In this document: positions 14,160 through 29,034 of the stretch, piece by piece | Layout: every line of letters starts with the position of its first letter | How positions within the stretch are numbered: position 1 is the stretch's first letter | Source of the DNA: Eledone cirrhosa | Taxonomy: Eukaryota | DNA length: 64,000 nucleotides | Assembly: GCA_964016885.1 (NCBI GenBank) | Contig: OZ024743.1 | Span: 289,044,001 to 289,108,000, forward strand | Direction of reading: 5' to 3' | The notes under the pieces: model-generated | The model's input: only the letters and a program-made list of their open reading frames with translations | Told to the model about the DNA's origin: nothing | The model's database searches: none | Translations under genes and position numbers: made by a program

Positions 14160-14324
14160 GAAAAAATGATAGGTACTCTGACCATTAACATTTCTTGTAT
14201 CATCTCCATACAAATATCCAAGCTAATCACGTCCAGGGCCGTCCCACTCATGTTGGTGGAATCCATCCCCAGTACACCTACACGGGATTCTATTTGATTT
14301 CGGTCATTATGGGTGTGTATCCGT
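14160..14324 (+). other. Candidate spliced exon (probably non-coding/UTR)
   Basis: Unique 165-bp island between microsatellites, bounded by ttttattttctgcag| and |gtgagt; every + frame has a stop. Confidence 0.35.
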
Positions 14325-14421
14325 GTGAGTATATATATATATGTGTGTATGTGTATGTTTGTGTGTGTAAATACATACATATATATATACACACACATAT
14401 ATATACATATACATATCTATA

Positions 14422-14477
<56 letters not shown>

Positions 14478-14511
14478 CATAAAAATATATATATATATAT
14501 GTGTATATATA

Positions 14512-14585
<74 letters not shown>

Positions 14586-14634
14586 AGGCTATATAAATAT
14601 GCATATATTTATATATTTATATATACCTATATAA

Positions 14635-14667
<33 letters not shown>

Positions 14668-14827
14668 CATAAGGCTATATAAATATGTATATATTTATAT
14701 ATTTATATATATATACGTATATATATATTTATATATAAATATATAAATATTTATATAGCTATATGTATATATATATACATATATATATATATATTTATAT
14801 AAATATACATATGTATATATCTATATC

Positions 14828-14926
<99 letters not shown>

Positions 14927-15170
14927 ATGCAAACACACATCACTATTTTTATAAATTTCTGGGTACTATAAAAATGTGATATTCCAGTAAAGAAGTTGAA
15001 TTTGTAGCCATTAAATAAATAATAAAACAATGTTCACTTAGTCTCTTGTTAAAATTACATTTTCTTGGAATTTTCGTAAAATATGTGTAAATGGTCCTAA
15101 AATCCTGTAATATAATCCTAGTAGTGGGTGAGGTTTTGTTATTAAAACATTTTGTGGTAAATATATTTAG

Positions 15171-15219
<49 letters not shown>

Positions 15220-15390
15220 AATAAATATAAAATAAAATAAAGTTAAATAAAAGTCAATGATTAAAATTTAGCTTCGTTTATTACTGCTATATATTTCAGT
15301 GACAGCCAACTCAAAATCTATAAATAAATATATATATATATATGTATGCGTGTGTGTGTGTATGATATATATGTGTATATGATATATATG

Positions 15391-15495
<105 letters not shown>

Positions 15496-15589
15496 CAACG
15501 GTATATATTGAGTTGGAAACTCAAAATAGTCTCTTACAAGTAAATAGATCAAGGAAAGAGATTTTTCCGAGCCGTATAGTATAAATGAA

Positions 15590-15757
15590 TATAAAAGAGG
15601 GATAAACACAGATTATATACATATATGTGTTCAAATCGTAAGGGATCATATTAGGGTGAAAAAGATACTAACTATGAACACTTTTCACCTTAGCGAATCT
15701 GGTCCCTTACGATTTGAACACATATATGTATAAATCTGGGTTTATCTTCTTTTTATA
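15590..15757. repeat. Fold-back element
   Basis: Imperfect ~75-bp inverted arms (tatacatatatgtgttcaaatcgtaaggga / tcccttacgatttgaacacatatatgtata) around a ~16-bp spacer. Confidence 0.85.
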
Positions 15758-15765
15758 ATCAATTA

Positions 15766-15818
<53 letters not shown>

Positions 15819-16113
15819 AATATACATATATATATATTTAAAAATACATATATTGTAACCATATATATATATGTATATATATGTATATATATATATCATA
15901 CGTATGTGTATATATATATGTGCATGTATACATCCATATATATATACATACATATATGTATACATACATATATATATATATATATACATACATATATATT
16001 TATATATGTATATATATGTATATATACATATATGTATGTATATATATATGTACATATGAATGTATATATATAAATATATGTACATGTATATATATACATA
16101 CATATATGTATAT

Positions 16114-16272
<159 letters not shown>

Positions 16273-16315
16273 AAGTTTAAAGAAGGTTCAATTAATAAAT
16301 CAAAGAATGAGTTTT

Positions 16316-16353
<38 letters not shown>

Positions 16354-16993
16354 GAGAGAGTCTCTATCTATATATACATATATAAATTCTCTATACATAT
16401 TTAACCACATGCACACTCACATGTATATATATATTTTTTTTTATTAATTGTTCTCTATATAAATCAATTTTTCATACAAACTGTTCTTGAATATCCCTCT
16501 ATAATATATATGTTTGATATCTATATATTTATATAAAACACCAGGGCGACCCTCAAATAACTCTTGTCTGAAACACTGTTATGCTATAGATTTAGTTAGC
16601 AGTAATATAAGGGAATAAATGTATGTATATATTTATCTACGTCTACCTTTAGGTACAATTACGCCCGGATACACTCAGGCAATCACACACAAGTATATGA
16701 TATTCAGAAATTGGCTATCGCACGAACACACATTACATAAAAGAGAATACGACCCCTTTTACTATTACACACATACATGACATTATGTGCGTGTGTGTAT
16801 TTTAATGTAAATAAGTGTGTTTGTGTGTAAGTATTGTGTATAAGTATATGTGTACACGCACGCCTGTGGATCAGTATGTGCGGAGTTTATGTGTGTGACT
16901 CAAAAACATTTCAATATCTCTCTTATATTTTATATACATAATTATGTAACTCTTTATCTATATATTAAAACACACACATACACACACACTCAT

Positions 16994-17056
<63 letters not shown>

Positions 17057-17057
<1 letters not shown>

Positions 17058-17392
17058 TAGCAGTGGTACCTGGCGTTGCACAGGATAAGGTATTTTGGAA
17101 CGCAGGCAGCCAACTGACCTAATCGTGGAAAAACTGCATGCCTGGACAATATGTAAAGAAAATAAACCGAATACACTGATGGCTGGATAATCTTTAAGAT
17201 TTTCCTCAATGAAGCAGGAAAAATGCAGGTTTTCGCCTAATGCGGGCACTAGGGTATCAAAAATTTCACTCCCTGAAACATAAGTAATACACATGTAAAG
17301 TTTGAAAAAAATCGGTTGGGTACTTCTTGAGTTTTAGGGATTCAAACTCTCACACACTCACACACACAGACATCCTCAGTTTTATATATACA
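17057..17392 (-). mobile_element. Non-autonomous Helitron
   Basis: Minus-strand 3' end CTAG (17057-17060) with subterminal hairpin CCTGTGCAACGCCAGG 8 bp upstream; (TG)n near the 5' end; no TSD; sits in (TA)n. Confidence 0.7.
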
Positions 17393-17599
17393 TATATATA
17401 TACATATCGAGGTCGATAAATGTGTATCAATGCAGCACTGATGTCGATTCTTCCTCCATATCACTTCCACATTTCCATTCTCGTTTTCTATCCTTCCCTG
17501 GAAGAAAGGTGCTGTATTCAGAACTAGAGAGGAGATGGACTCCAGCCAAACGCTTCTATGTTTGCGAAGGTACAGTGAAGAGAATGACTTAATTAATGG

Positions 17600-17800
17600 C
17601 TTCTGATTGAGGCACAAGACCAGCAATTCTTTTGGTGGGAGAAGTGTTTAAAGTAGATTAAATCGACCCCTGAGCGTTATTGGTACTTTATTTCATCGAC
17701 CAAGTAAGGATAAAAGTTAAGGGTAACCACGGCAGGAATTGAACTCAAATATTAAAAGACGATGAATCTAAGCATGTAGGTCGGCCCTCTACCGATGCAG
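17600..17800 (-). mobile_element. CORE SINE, diverged
   Basis: tggtactttatttcatcgacc..ggataaaag..gaattgaactc matches the family at 2316. Confidence 0.7.
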
Positions 17801-17959
17801 AATAATGGTTTCTAATTAATTAATACATAAAAACTCCGTCGTACATTATATCACAGTCTGGAAACTATACCTTGCTGAATGCTAAAAACCGCGTAGACGT
17901 CTGTTAACCGATCGATTAGTTCAATCAGGAAATATTTTTCCGATTAACGAAGGCGAAAG

Positions 17960-18056
<97 letters not shown>

Positions 18057-18758
18057 CATATATATATAAGAGGTAGTTCCTATGAAATATTTCATAAAAA
18101 CAGGGTAATCATCCCGAAAGACGGAAAAATATTGCCAGCAACTTCGACGAAGTTTCGAAATCCCTATCTCTCTAATACCATCTATGTGCACTAAGGCACC
18201 CCTGAGAATGTCTTACCGTCTTAATAAGAAGCTGAAGGAAGCACCTCTTTTATGGCAACTGAATATAATTATAGTTAACTTCTTCGCCTGTGCCTCCTAT
18301 GTCTTCTTATAAATTTATATACTAAGCTTTTGAGATGAATTTGTATCATCAGCTGGAGAGATCATATAATCAACGGAGAGCTATAACAAGCTATCAGTTA
18401 ACATTAGGCAGAGAAGATTACGCTTTGCTACATAGCAGGTGACCAAATGTTTTCTGAGTTTTTATTTTGGTCATCATTAGGTCGTAAGTGACTCCGAGAG
18501 GAAACTGGTATAAACTCTCATTGTGAAATCAAAGACTTGACAGGAGACAAAGAGTGTTGGAGGCAGATAGGTATCGGCCAGTTTTATCCCAGAATATGTT
18601 TAACTTAATAGCACCACCTGGCGAAGTCTTTCAAATCAGGGTTTGGACACCATGGCCCACTCAAGTAGAGAGTTATTGTTTACGGTGACACATCCGGGTG
18701 TAAGAGGTTTATCCGGGACAAACACACACACACACATATACAAATGTGTGTATGTGTA

Positions 18759-18814
<56 letters not shown>

Positions 18815-18982
18815 AATATGTGTTTATATTTGTGTGTGTAAATGTGTGTATATACATACATATATATGTGTGTGTGTATATATATATATATTTAATAAAT
18901 ATTTGCTCTACGGTTCTTATATATTTGATATATATTTATCCTTATCGAGTCCTCTTTGGATTTTAGTCTTCAAATTTATTTT

Positions 18983-19043
<61 letters not shown>

Positions 19044-19107
19044 TATCTATTTATATATGTGTGTGTATATATACATGAATATATATATATAAGCACATCT
19101 CATTATT

Positions 19108-19139
<32 letters not shown>

Positions 19140-19579
19140 TATATATATACATATTCATCAAGCCCCATAACTCTACAGGCTTTATTGCGTAAAACAATCC
19201 CATTTGAATTTACTACCACAACCTTTCATTCCCTTACATAAACCACGTACTACCCGAAAATATTTTCTTTATACAAATTTTTTTTTCTAGATATGCTTGA
19301 TGTTTTCCCTTGTTCTCTATCTATCCGTATCTTTTTCTTTCTTTCACCACCCGTATTTTCATTTCTGTCATTCACGTGGTTAGCATACAACCCCTTCTAA
19401 CCCCATTTCTCTGACATCTGCTTCCGATTCGCTTCAACGTCAAGAACACACACAGTCTCACATTCACATATATAAATACATACATTCATGCATATACATT
19501 TATATAAGTATATATATATACATATATATACATATATATTTATATATACAGATTCTCTTATATATACATACTCTCTCTC

Positions 19580-19634
<55 letters not shown>

Positions 19635-19832
19635 GATACATACATACATATATATATACATGCATGTACATACATACACACATATATATGTGTGTGTAGA
19701 TATACACACACATATATATATATATTTGTATATATATACACACACATATATATATATACATATATATATATACAAATATATGTACGTATATATATATATA
19801 TATACATGTATGTATATATACGTATGTATATG

Positions 19833-19876
<44 letters not shown>

Positions 19877-19920
19877 TATTTATATATATTTATATTTATA
19901 TATATATATATTTATATATT

Positions 19921-19953
<33 letters not shown>

Positions 19954-20241
19954 GAGCCTATTACTCATTTATAATATCTACCCATTTGTACCAACATATC
20001 AACATATACACGTACAGCGAAATTAATATCTAAACATACTTCTACACACATACACACACTCATGCATACATATGCATGAAGTCTTATAACATTTTTCATG
20101 CTACGAATGGGGCATTTCATGTCAAAATATCAGCTACATATACAACATATTTTGAGAAGTGAAAAATATATTGTAAGTCTAATTTTTACTGTATGGCTTT
20201 CTTAATCTCTTCAAAACACACAACCACACATGCATATTTAC

Positions 20242-20307
<66 letters not shown>

Positions 20308-20364
20308 ATACTTTGGGAGGGTCATGTTGCCAATAACAGGGTCATGTTGCCAAATTCAGAAACG

Positions 20365-20430
<66 letters not shown>

Positions 20431-20744
20431 GTACATATTCATACAAATGTTTGTACATAACTGTAGGCACATTGAAATAGATTACATATCTCAATAAAAA
20501 TAGATTCTCATACAAATTATACAAGAACAGACACGCACAGAAAATATTATTAGGTGTTTTTTGGCCTACATACTGTGGCATCCCCTAAAAATCGATTATA
20601 TCAATCACAGTACTTAATTTTTTAAGTATAGTACTTATTTTATCTATCACCTTTTGTCTAACGCCCTGTTACGTTGCATAAACACCGTGGCAGACACAAC
20701 ACACCCTATACACACATGCGCATATAAATTTAAGTATATGTTTG

Positions 20745-20813
<69 letters not shown>

Positions 20814-21903
20814 TCTCTCTATTTCATATATATATATATATACAAATACTCACTATTTGTGTAATAGACTTAATCCGTGATCAAAATTAAGACCCAAACC
20901 CCCTAGCTCCAAGATTACTTTAGCGGAGTCCGTCTTTTTTTTTATGCATTTAGACCCGGTCTCTGGCTTCAGGATACGTCCATCCCAACCTCCTGTCCTC
21001 ATTAATCTGGAAGTGATCAGGAGTACTGCTTTCCTTCTAAGAATAAACATATATTCACAGGAAAACAGATAGTTTAATACAGAGAGTAAGATGATCGAAC
21101 TCAATTCAACTCGATTCAACTTGGTATCATTAATCTGATCACATGAGATATTAGAAGTAGCAGGCTAATGCCATCGAATAGCAACTTAACATGCTAATAA
21201 AATGAAAAGGATTCCTTCGACAACGTAGTCCTCGCTAACCAAAAATATATCCCTGTTCACTGCTGGACCAAGACATGCAGGTAACTGATTAGAGCATTAG
21301 ACTAACGATCTTAGGTCCTGGTATACGCAAAACGGAATGCACATGGCTTGCTTAATAAAGACAATTGATTTTACATGTCTTTAGTCCATAAAGCCGGAAA
21401 AAATAAATGAGTAAGAGCAGCAGGAGTAGCTTAGGATTACACTTGCAACAGATTAGGACTCTCAGCTAAGGGGTTTTCTTGTAAGTTTAGACCCTTAAAG
21501 GCACTACAGATCGGATTAATGAATATTTAGGTTCTAGAAAGCCTGAATTTGCGGGAAAATATGCAATCGTAGCTCTGTTCAATTAGGTTTGAGTTACCGC
21601 TAAAAACAACAGCAGCAACAATGACTAAAACACTCAACTGAAATTTCTGGTTTTTTTTTCTCTATCTCATAAATTCACGTGAACGTTTATAACAGTTTAT
21701 ATCCGAACACCACACACAAACATAAACACAGTAAAGTGACACGTCAAAATACGCCACCAACACCGGATAAAAGAAACAAAACACAAACAAAATAAAACAA
21801 TAGTGAAACAGAAGTAACAGACACATATGTCTTTATAAATGAACGCAAATATATATATATATATATATATATATTGTAAGTATGTATGTATGAATACAAG
21901 TAT

Positions 21904-21996
<93 letters not shown>

Positions 21997-22053
21997 TCTG
22001 TGTGCATTTATGTGTTTATATGCATGTATAAACATACATATATATATAAACAC

Positions 22054-22095
<42 letters not shown>

Positions 22096-22197
22096 ATGTA
22101 TATGCACACACACACACCTATATATATATATATATATATACACATACATGTTTATATATATATATTTATGTGTATATATGCATATAAACACATAACT

Positions 22198-22260
<63 letters not shown>

Positions 22261-22542
22261 TCCATCCATATATATATGTATATGCATATATGGATGGATG
22301 TATATATATATATATATAGATGAAAATTGCAAACTTGACTGTCACCACAGAATATGAACCTGAAGATTGCGAAAGCATGAAAGTACTTGTTCAATTAACA
22401 CTTAACATTTAATATTCTACCATACTATTTCATTCTAATACCATTATACATTTTAAAGTATTGTAAATAAAAGGAGTAAATCAGACGAAGTTGGAATTCC
22501 TTTTATTAATATAATCTTACACACAATCATACACACCCGTGT

Positions 22543-22593
<51 letters not shown>

Positions 22594-22720
22594 TATATGT
22601 GTGTTTGTGTGTGTGTGTGTATGCATAATTTCCGCGACTGTTCATATATCACTTCATGACGCAACTTAAAATAAGATACAAAACAAATAAATAAAATCCC
22701 TGAAACAACAAGAACACAAT

Positions 22721-22752
<32 letters not shown>

Positions 22753-23065
22753 CCACACACCCACACACACATACACACACACACACACGGACGTATATAT
22801 ATGTATATAATACATTGTTACAGTGACATGCAAATACTATCAAGAAAATAAGTAAATATACATACCAGACACAAAATAGGAACCGAATCAATTTTAAATA
22901 AATACAAATAAAAATAATAAAACGTATAATAAACATACAATGAAAATAGAATAAAATAAAGCCAGACTATAAAACGGTTTACAATAGACATTTTATTACA
23001 AGAAACGAAATTACATTTGTTTACACAAAAGAAATTATATATATATACACATGAATTCATATATT

Positions 23066-23149
<84 letters not shown>

Positions 23150-23193
23150 TACATACATACATACATACATACATACATACATACGCACACACG

Positions 23194-23270
<77 letters not shown>

Positions 23271-23613
23271 GTGTGTCATATGTGTGTGTGTAGGTAGTGG
23301 GAATAGTTTTGTAAAGATATTCAAAGTATTGAACACTTCAGGCCCATAGGACGTGTTTTATTTAAATTATTATGGCCAGTTACTAGAGCGGTGTCATGCC
23401 ATGGTGGTAGGTTGGGTTGGACCACCTTGTTTAACCTGTGCCTTTGGGAACCGGCACATGTTGAATGAGTAGGCACCGATGTAGTAACTGGCCTTAATAA
23501 TTATATATATACATAAATAAAGAGTAGGGATTGTAACGTTACTATAGGTTCACCAAAGTTAGCCCTCGATGCATTGTCTCCAGTATGTACTTTGGGGTTG
23601 TTATAAGCAGAGT

Positions 23614-23682
<69 letters not shown>
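23614..23682. repeat. (GTA)n microsatellite
   Basis: Pure trinucleotide run. Confidence 0.95.
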
Positions 23683-23689
23683 ACAATAA

Positions 23690-24020
23690 TAATAATTGTT
23701 TCTACTTTTGGCACAAGGCCAAAACAACCACCAGTACATTACTGGTACTTTATTTTATAAGGATGAAAGGCACAGTTGACCTCGGCGGGATTTGAAAATA
23801 ATAATAATGGTTTCTTATGTAGGCACAAGGGCAGTAATTTGGGAGGAGCGGAAAGTCGATTAAATCGACCCCAGTGCGTGACAGGTACATTATTTTATCG
23901 ATCCCATAAGGATGCAAGGCAAAGTTAACCTCGACGGGATTTGTACTCAGATCATAAAGGCCCATAACTCTATGTTGCAAAGCATGGCGTCTGACGCTCT
24001 ACCGATACAGCCAAACCGTA
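23690..24020 (-). mobile_element. Two tandem CORE SINE copies
   Basis: Truncated copy at ~23690-23795 and a fuller copy at ~23805-24020, same motifs as 2316. Confidence 0.8.
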
Positions 24021-24209
24021 ATGATAATATGGAATAGGTGTCAAATTTTCATTACATTTATCGAGGTGTGAAGCGCGTTTCGCCATTAATCTCCTAAATT
24101 TTCGATCTATATCGATCGGGCTACACTCTGGAATCAAAACTCATCAGAATTCTGTTAAGGCAATGAGCGAATTTTCGTTTACATGTTTAAGAGTTTTATT
24201 GTGTATCGA

Positions 24210-24299
24210 CCTGTTACCCGCGTTTCGCTGAGGATTGGGTCAAGTTCACCAATAGGTGTTATAGACCCGACTCCTTTATCGATCTGCTCTTCAGACTGG
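24210..24299 (-). ncRNA. Type I hammerhead ribozyme with extended stem II
   Basis: Minus: CCAGT-CTGAAGA-GC..AGGAGTCGGGTC..GACCCAATCCT..GC-GAAA-CGCGGG-TA-ACAGG; a second, decayed motif lies at ~24070-24152. Confidence 0.65.
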
Positions 24300-24399
24300 C
24301 GACGTGACAGAAAAACATAGTGTTTGGTGTGGTGTGTGAGATGATGGGTGTATATATAAGCATCGGCCCAATTTCTTTGTATGTGGGCGAGTATTGGTA

Positions 24400-24680
24400 T
24401 GGGAGTTGAACGTTCAAAGCCTGGTTTGCTTCCTCTTTACACTATTATCAATGCTCCAGTTCACTCAGCTGTAGAAATAAATCACCATGTTACTTTTGCC
24501 AAACTGTAGCCACCCTGTCTTTCCCTTGGACAACATTGGTGGCTTCGAGATAGGTCTTGTATGCATGGGCGACTGCTGGTCTCCCACAAACAACCTTCCC
24601 GGGCTTGTGCTTAGGGGGTGATCTTTCTAGGTGCAAATTCCATGATAATTCGTGACTGAAGGGGAGTAAGGTTTTACACT
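24400..24680 (+). mobile_element. SINE of a second family, diverged
   Basis: gctccagttcactcagctg core-like motif and tail ggcgactgctggtc...ttctaggtgcaa...cgtgactgaagggg; family assignment from recall. Confidence 0.5.
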
Positions 24681-25253
24681 TCATATATATCCTTGTATAT
24701 TTGTAGAAATCTATGAGTTTACATGTATGTGCGCGTGCATGCGTTTGTATGTGCGTGGTTGTTTATATTTGTGTGCGTGTCTGTGTGTAATTATGTGTAG
24801 CGTGTATATAGGTGTGTATATTCGTGACCCTCTGCTTGCTTTCTTTGTAATATCTGGGTGGCAAACATGATGTTTCGTCCTCAACGAAATGTCAGCGGTT
24901 TCACACATGATTGACTGCAAACTATTCAACCAACCCAGGCTGTTATCTGCATAATTTATAAAATACACATGCATGCAAACACGCAAGACATTGACGCAAT
25001 CATGCAGAAAGAACTATCATGCACACACACACACACACAAATGCACCCACACACAAACACACAAACACACATTCACACATACATACCCGCGCAGATATAA
25101 ATATATATATATATATATATATATTCATTAGTTAAGCAAAACAAGACCACAAATTTCACAAGGAAGACATTATTAAAAGATTGTCAATATATTTTAGTTT
25201 GATGTAAGGAATGTAGAAAATAATAATAATAATATTAATAATAATAATGTCCG

Positions 25254-25371
25254 TTTACAATTGTTTCGCTACTCCATATAATATTTCTGGATCAAATGAT
25301 TATAGATCATTATTGATCTGGTTCAGTTGAAAATAATTAACTTAGGTAAAATTAGAGCAGCTCATCGGATC
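25254..25371 (-). ncRNA. Hammerhead (CCGATGA core variant), left arm
   Basis: Mirror of 28188-28305; stem I 5' strand reads GAT instead of GTT. Confidence 0.65.
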
Positions 25372-25755
25372 TTCAAAAGGAATATAAATTAAAATAAGGA
25401 AAGAATGTTACATGAATGTAATGTTCCATATATTGGTATTTCACTATGGTGTCCTGGGTATATCTATTGTCTGCCATAGTCGAGCAGTATTCTTCTGTCG
25501 AGGCTGCATTGTTTGAGATCTGCCTATGGGTAACAAGATGGCTGCCAATGGACATATTTACCTTACTAATTAGAGGGTGGTTTCAGGGGAAGTAACTCCT
25601 CGAGAAATTAGAAATTGTGGGTAGTTTATTGTTAAGAAGTGCTAATTTTTTAATTTTTTTAATTGAGAGATAACGTAATGGAGTTAACTTATAATTATCT
25701 AAGTTAGCTATAACTATTTAACTTATTAGCTACAAGTAAAAATGGGGCTAGATGA

Positions 25756-26400
25756 CTATGTTGGGTCAAATATTCTGTTGGCGGAGGAATTAGCCCTTGA
25801 CAGGCTAATAGTTATTTCCGTTCTATCGTTAATCAGTAGAGGTCGTGATAGAGTTATGTAATATGCTTCAGTAAGACAGAGGTCACAAGAGTTTCTTCGT
25901 CCATTGAACGGTTGGGCCCTAGCCAAGATATCCCATGTTAGTGAGTGTTCAATATTGGTTAATTTAAGGTTTTTAATGAGCCTAGCTAGAGATGTCAAAC
26001 ATCTGTTGTTAGGGTCTCGGAAGGAAAAAGAGTGCGCGTTATAGCGTACCTTAAAAGGGTTAGAGGTAGAGCCGATATAGCAGCTGGTATGCGAAGCAGT
26101 TTTAACTGTGCACCTATAAACTATATTGGGTGTCAGGCAATGTCCATTTAGTGGGCATGCATTAGGGTAACGGCAGTTGCAGTTACTTCTGCGGTTAGTA
26201 AGGGTAGGGTTGTTTAAACTAAGCGGTTGGTCAGTGCTAGAAGGATTAGATGGAGGAGGTGTGCTACTAGAGTAAGTATTGGTGTAGTGGCGTGATGTAT
26301 TTGATAGGGGTGGGGGTACCGCGGTGTGGGAGTTATACTGTCTTAGTTTATGATGGTTACTGAATGCGATGTGGCTAGCTAGGTTAAGTGTTGTGGACAA
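25756..26400 (-). pseudogene. Naiad linker plus GIY-YIG endonuclease ORF remnant
   Basis: 214-aa ORF with CxCx5C, IVY/YIG motifs, conserved R and H, and CxxC; upstream RT is frameshifted. Confidence 0.85.
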
Positions 26401-28187
26401 TGAGATTTTAATGTTTTTATTAAAGAGTCTGTAATATCTATGCTTGAGGGGGAATGTTTAGATAGGATAGAGAAGAAGCGTTTAGGGATATTAGTGGCTA
26501 AATTAGATGAGAATGGGTGTTAAGCCAGGTGATATATCTAGGCCTATTCCTTCTAGGGGTTCTAGTGGGGTTGGAAGAGGCCTTCCTAGGGTTATTATTA
26601 CCTGGGCATTTGTTATTTGTCATCTCATTGCTCATTCCTATTCTGGGGTTGATTTTTAGTTTGCTACTTGGAGTGGGAAGTAGGCCACCGCCACCATTAA
26701 GATTCCCTGTATAAGTGCTGTTATTGCTAACATTCCGGCGAATCTGGCTATATGCTAAGGTATTTCTAGTTCTAGTGTTAAGGTTACTATGGTTGTGGTG
26801 AAGTGCTGTGTTATGGCATGTAGGTATGTAGTAAATGGACTGTTCATAACCAGATTCAGAAAGAGCCTTATTATAATATGCCGCATGGTTTATAAATATC
26901 TCCTCATTTGCTGATAGCATGGAGATCCTATACGAGATAGATTTGATTACCTAACTGATGACTGCCGGTGGGTGGTTAGAGGGTGGGCTAATATATGTAA
27001 GTATTTCACCTGGTTTATGATAAGGGTAATATAGGTTATTGTTAAGATCTAGGGTAACGTCGAGGAAGTTTACTACTTTATGGTTCGGCTCGGTGATAGA
27101 AAGACCATTATTTTTAAAGAATCTATGTAATTGTTTTTTGAGCAAGTCAATGCCTCGACTAGTGCCATTGTGGACTGCAAATAGGGCGTCGTCACTATAT
27201 ATTCCGCCTTGCAAAGGTGGATTTCAGCTCTGATGTTATGTAATAGGTAAATTCCAACTAAATTGCTGATTTGCGCAGAGTCACTTGAGCCGATAGTGAT
27301 GTCACTACACCAATACTTACTCTAGTAGTACACCTCTCCCATCTAATCCTTCTAGTACTGACCAACCGCATAGTTTAAACAACCCTACTCTCACTAACCG
27401 CAGAAGTAACTGCAACTGCTGTTACCCTAATGTATGCCCACTAAATGGACATTGCCTGAGACCCAATATAGTTTATAGGTGCACAGTTAAAACTGCTTCG
27501 CATACCAGCTGCTATATCGGCTCTACCTCTAACCCTTTTAAGGTACGCTATAACGCGCACTCTTTTTCCTTCCGAGACCCTAACAACAGATGTTTGACAT
27601 CTCTAGCTAGGCTCATTAAAAACCTTAAATTAACCAATATTGAACACTCACTAACATGGGATATCTTGGCTAGGGCCCAACCGTTCAATGGACGAAGAAA
27701 CTCTTGTGACCTCTGTCTTACTGAAGCATATTACATAACTCTATCACGACCTCTACTGATTAACGATAGAACGGAAATAACTATTAGCCTGTCAAGGGCT
27801 AATTCCTCCGCCAACAGAATATTTGACCCAACATAGTCATCTAGCCCCATTTTTACTTGTAGCTAATAAGTTAAATAGATATAGCTAACTTAGATAATTA
27901 TAAGTTACCTCCCTTACATTGTCTCTCAATTAAAAAATTAAAAAATTAGCACTTCTTAACTATGAACTACCCACAATTTCTAATTTCTCAAAGAGTTACT
28001 TCCACCCTATTAGTAAGGTAAATATGTCCATTGGCGGCCATCTTGTTACCCATAGGCAGATCTCACACAATGCAGCCTCGACAGAAGAATACTGCTCGAC
28101 TCTGGCAGACAATAGTGAAATACCAATATATGGAACATTACATTAATGTAACATTCTTTCCTTATTTTAATTTATATTCCCTTTGAA

Positions 28188-28305
28188 GTTCCGATGAGCT
28201 GCTCTAATTTTACCTAAGTTAATTATTTTCAACTGAACCAGATCAATAATGATCTATAATCATTTGATCCAGAAATATTATATGGAGTAGCGAAACAATT
28301 GTAAA
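28188..28305 (+). ncRNA. Hammerhead (CCGATGA core variant) with ~75-nt stem II insert
   Basis: GTT-CCGATGA-GCTGCTCTA...TGGAGTAGC-GAAA-CAATTG-TA-AAC; 9-bp stem II base, palindromic ACAATTGT, GUA cut site. Confidence 0.72.
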
Positions 28306-28604
28306 CGGACATTATTATTATTAATATTATTATTATCAAACTAAAATATGTTGACAATCATTTAATAATGTCTTCCTTGTGAAATTTGTGGTCTTGTTTT
28401 GCTTAACTAATGAATATTTCCAGCTCTGTGCACCTAATCTCTGCATGAACCCAGCCACCTAGCTACCTTTCACTGCATATTGCACATTTAGAACATGCCT
28501 TTACGCTTTGGTTTCTAACTAATTCACCAATCTCTCTTCTCCTCTCCTATCTCCACCTCTCTCTTTAAGATTGGTTACTCTTGAACTGTGTATATATATA
28601 ATTA

Positions 28605-28735
28605 TAGGTAAGTTATTCCGGATTGAATCGGAGGTAACCACAGTAAGTAAGGTAATCAATACATAGCAGAGTATAAAAGTTTTAATATAGACTAGAACTG
28701 TTTCATGCTTCAGAAATCATCAGGAATCTAGCTGT
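28605..28735 (-). repeat. Short element with degenerate hammerhead (same family as 30578-30708)
   Basis: Minus: CCTGATGATTTC..ATGAAACAGTTCTAGTC..TTTATACTCTGCTA.GTATTGA.TACCTTACTTACTGTGGTTACC shared with 30580-30690. Confidence 0.7.
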
Positions 28736-29034
28736 CCAAAATAAATGTTGTGGTACTTATATCTTTTCTGGTGGTAGGAGAGGGTGGTGAGTGGGATGAG
28801 TGGAGGTCATTGGTTGAAAGAAAAGGGAATTCATTAAAAGCTAATTCTGAGAGACATGCGCCATATTCACTGCAGAATAAGCTCAAAGATTCCAGTGAAT
28901 AGATCCGATCATCTTATATCAACTAGAAATAGATTGACACGTTTATATATATATATAAAATAAACACATAAAACAATCTCAGGGAATAATTTGTAAAGTG
29001 TGTAAGCACACATAGCTAGGTAGGTAACTAATTA

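Larger units (their letters stand above)
25121..28590 (-). mobile_element. 5'-truncated Naiad-type Penelope element with 1.15-kb inverted duplication of its 3' end
   Basis: Minus 27302 to 25121: DITIGSSDSAQI, GGIYSDDALF, VNFLDVTLDL, CNCRYPNAC (CxCx5C), IVYRC..CYIGSTSNPFKVRYNAH, CDLCLTE; 27303-28417 is the reverse complement of 25121-26289. Confidence 0.92.

Noticed and set aside
25756-26200. Selenocysteine-encoding Naiad (some Naiads use UGA at conserved Cys)
   Set aside because: Conserved Cys codons checked in both Naiads are TGT/TGC (one is TCT); no in-frame TGA at those positions.
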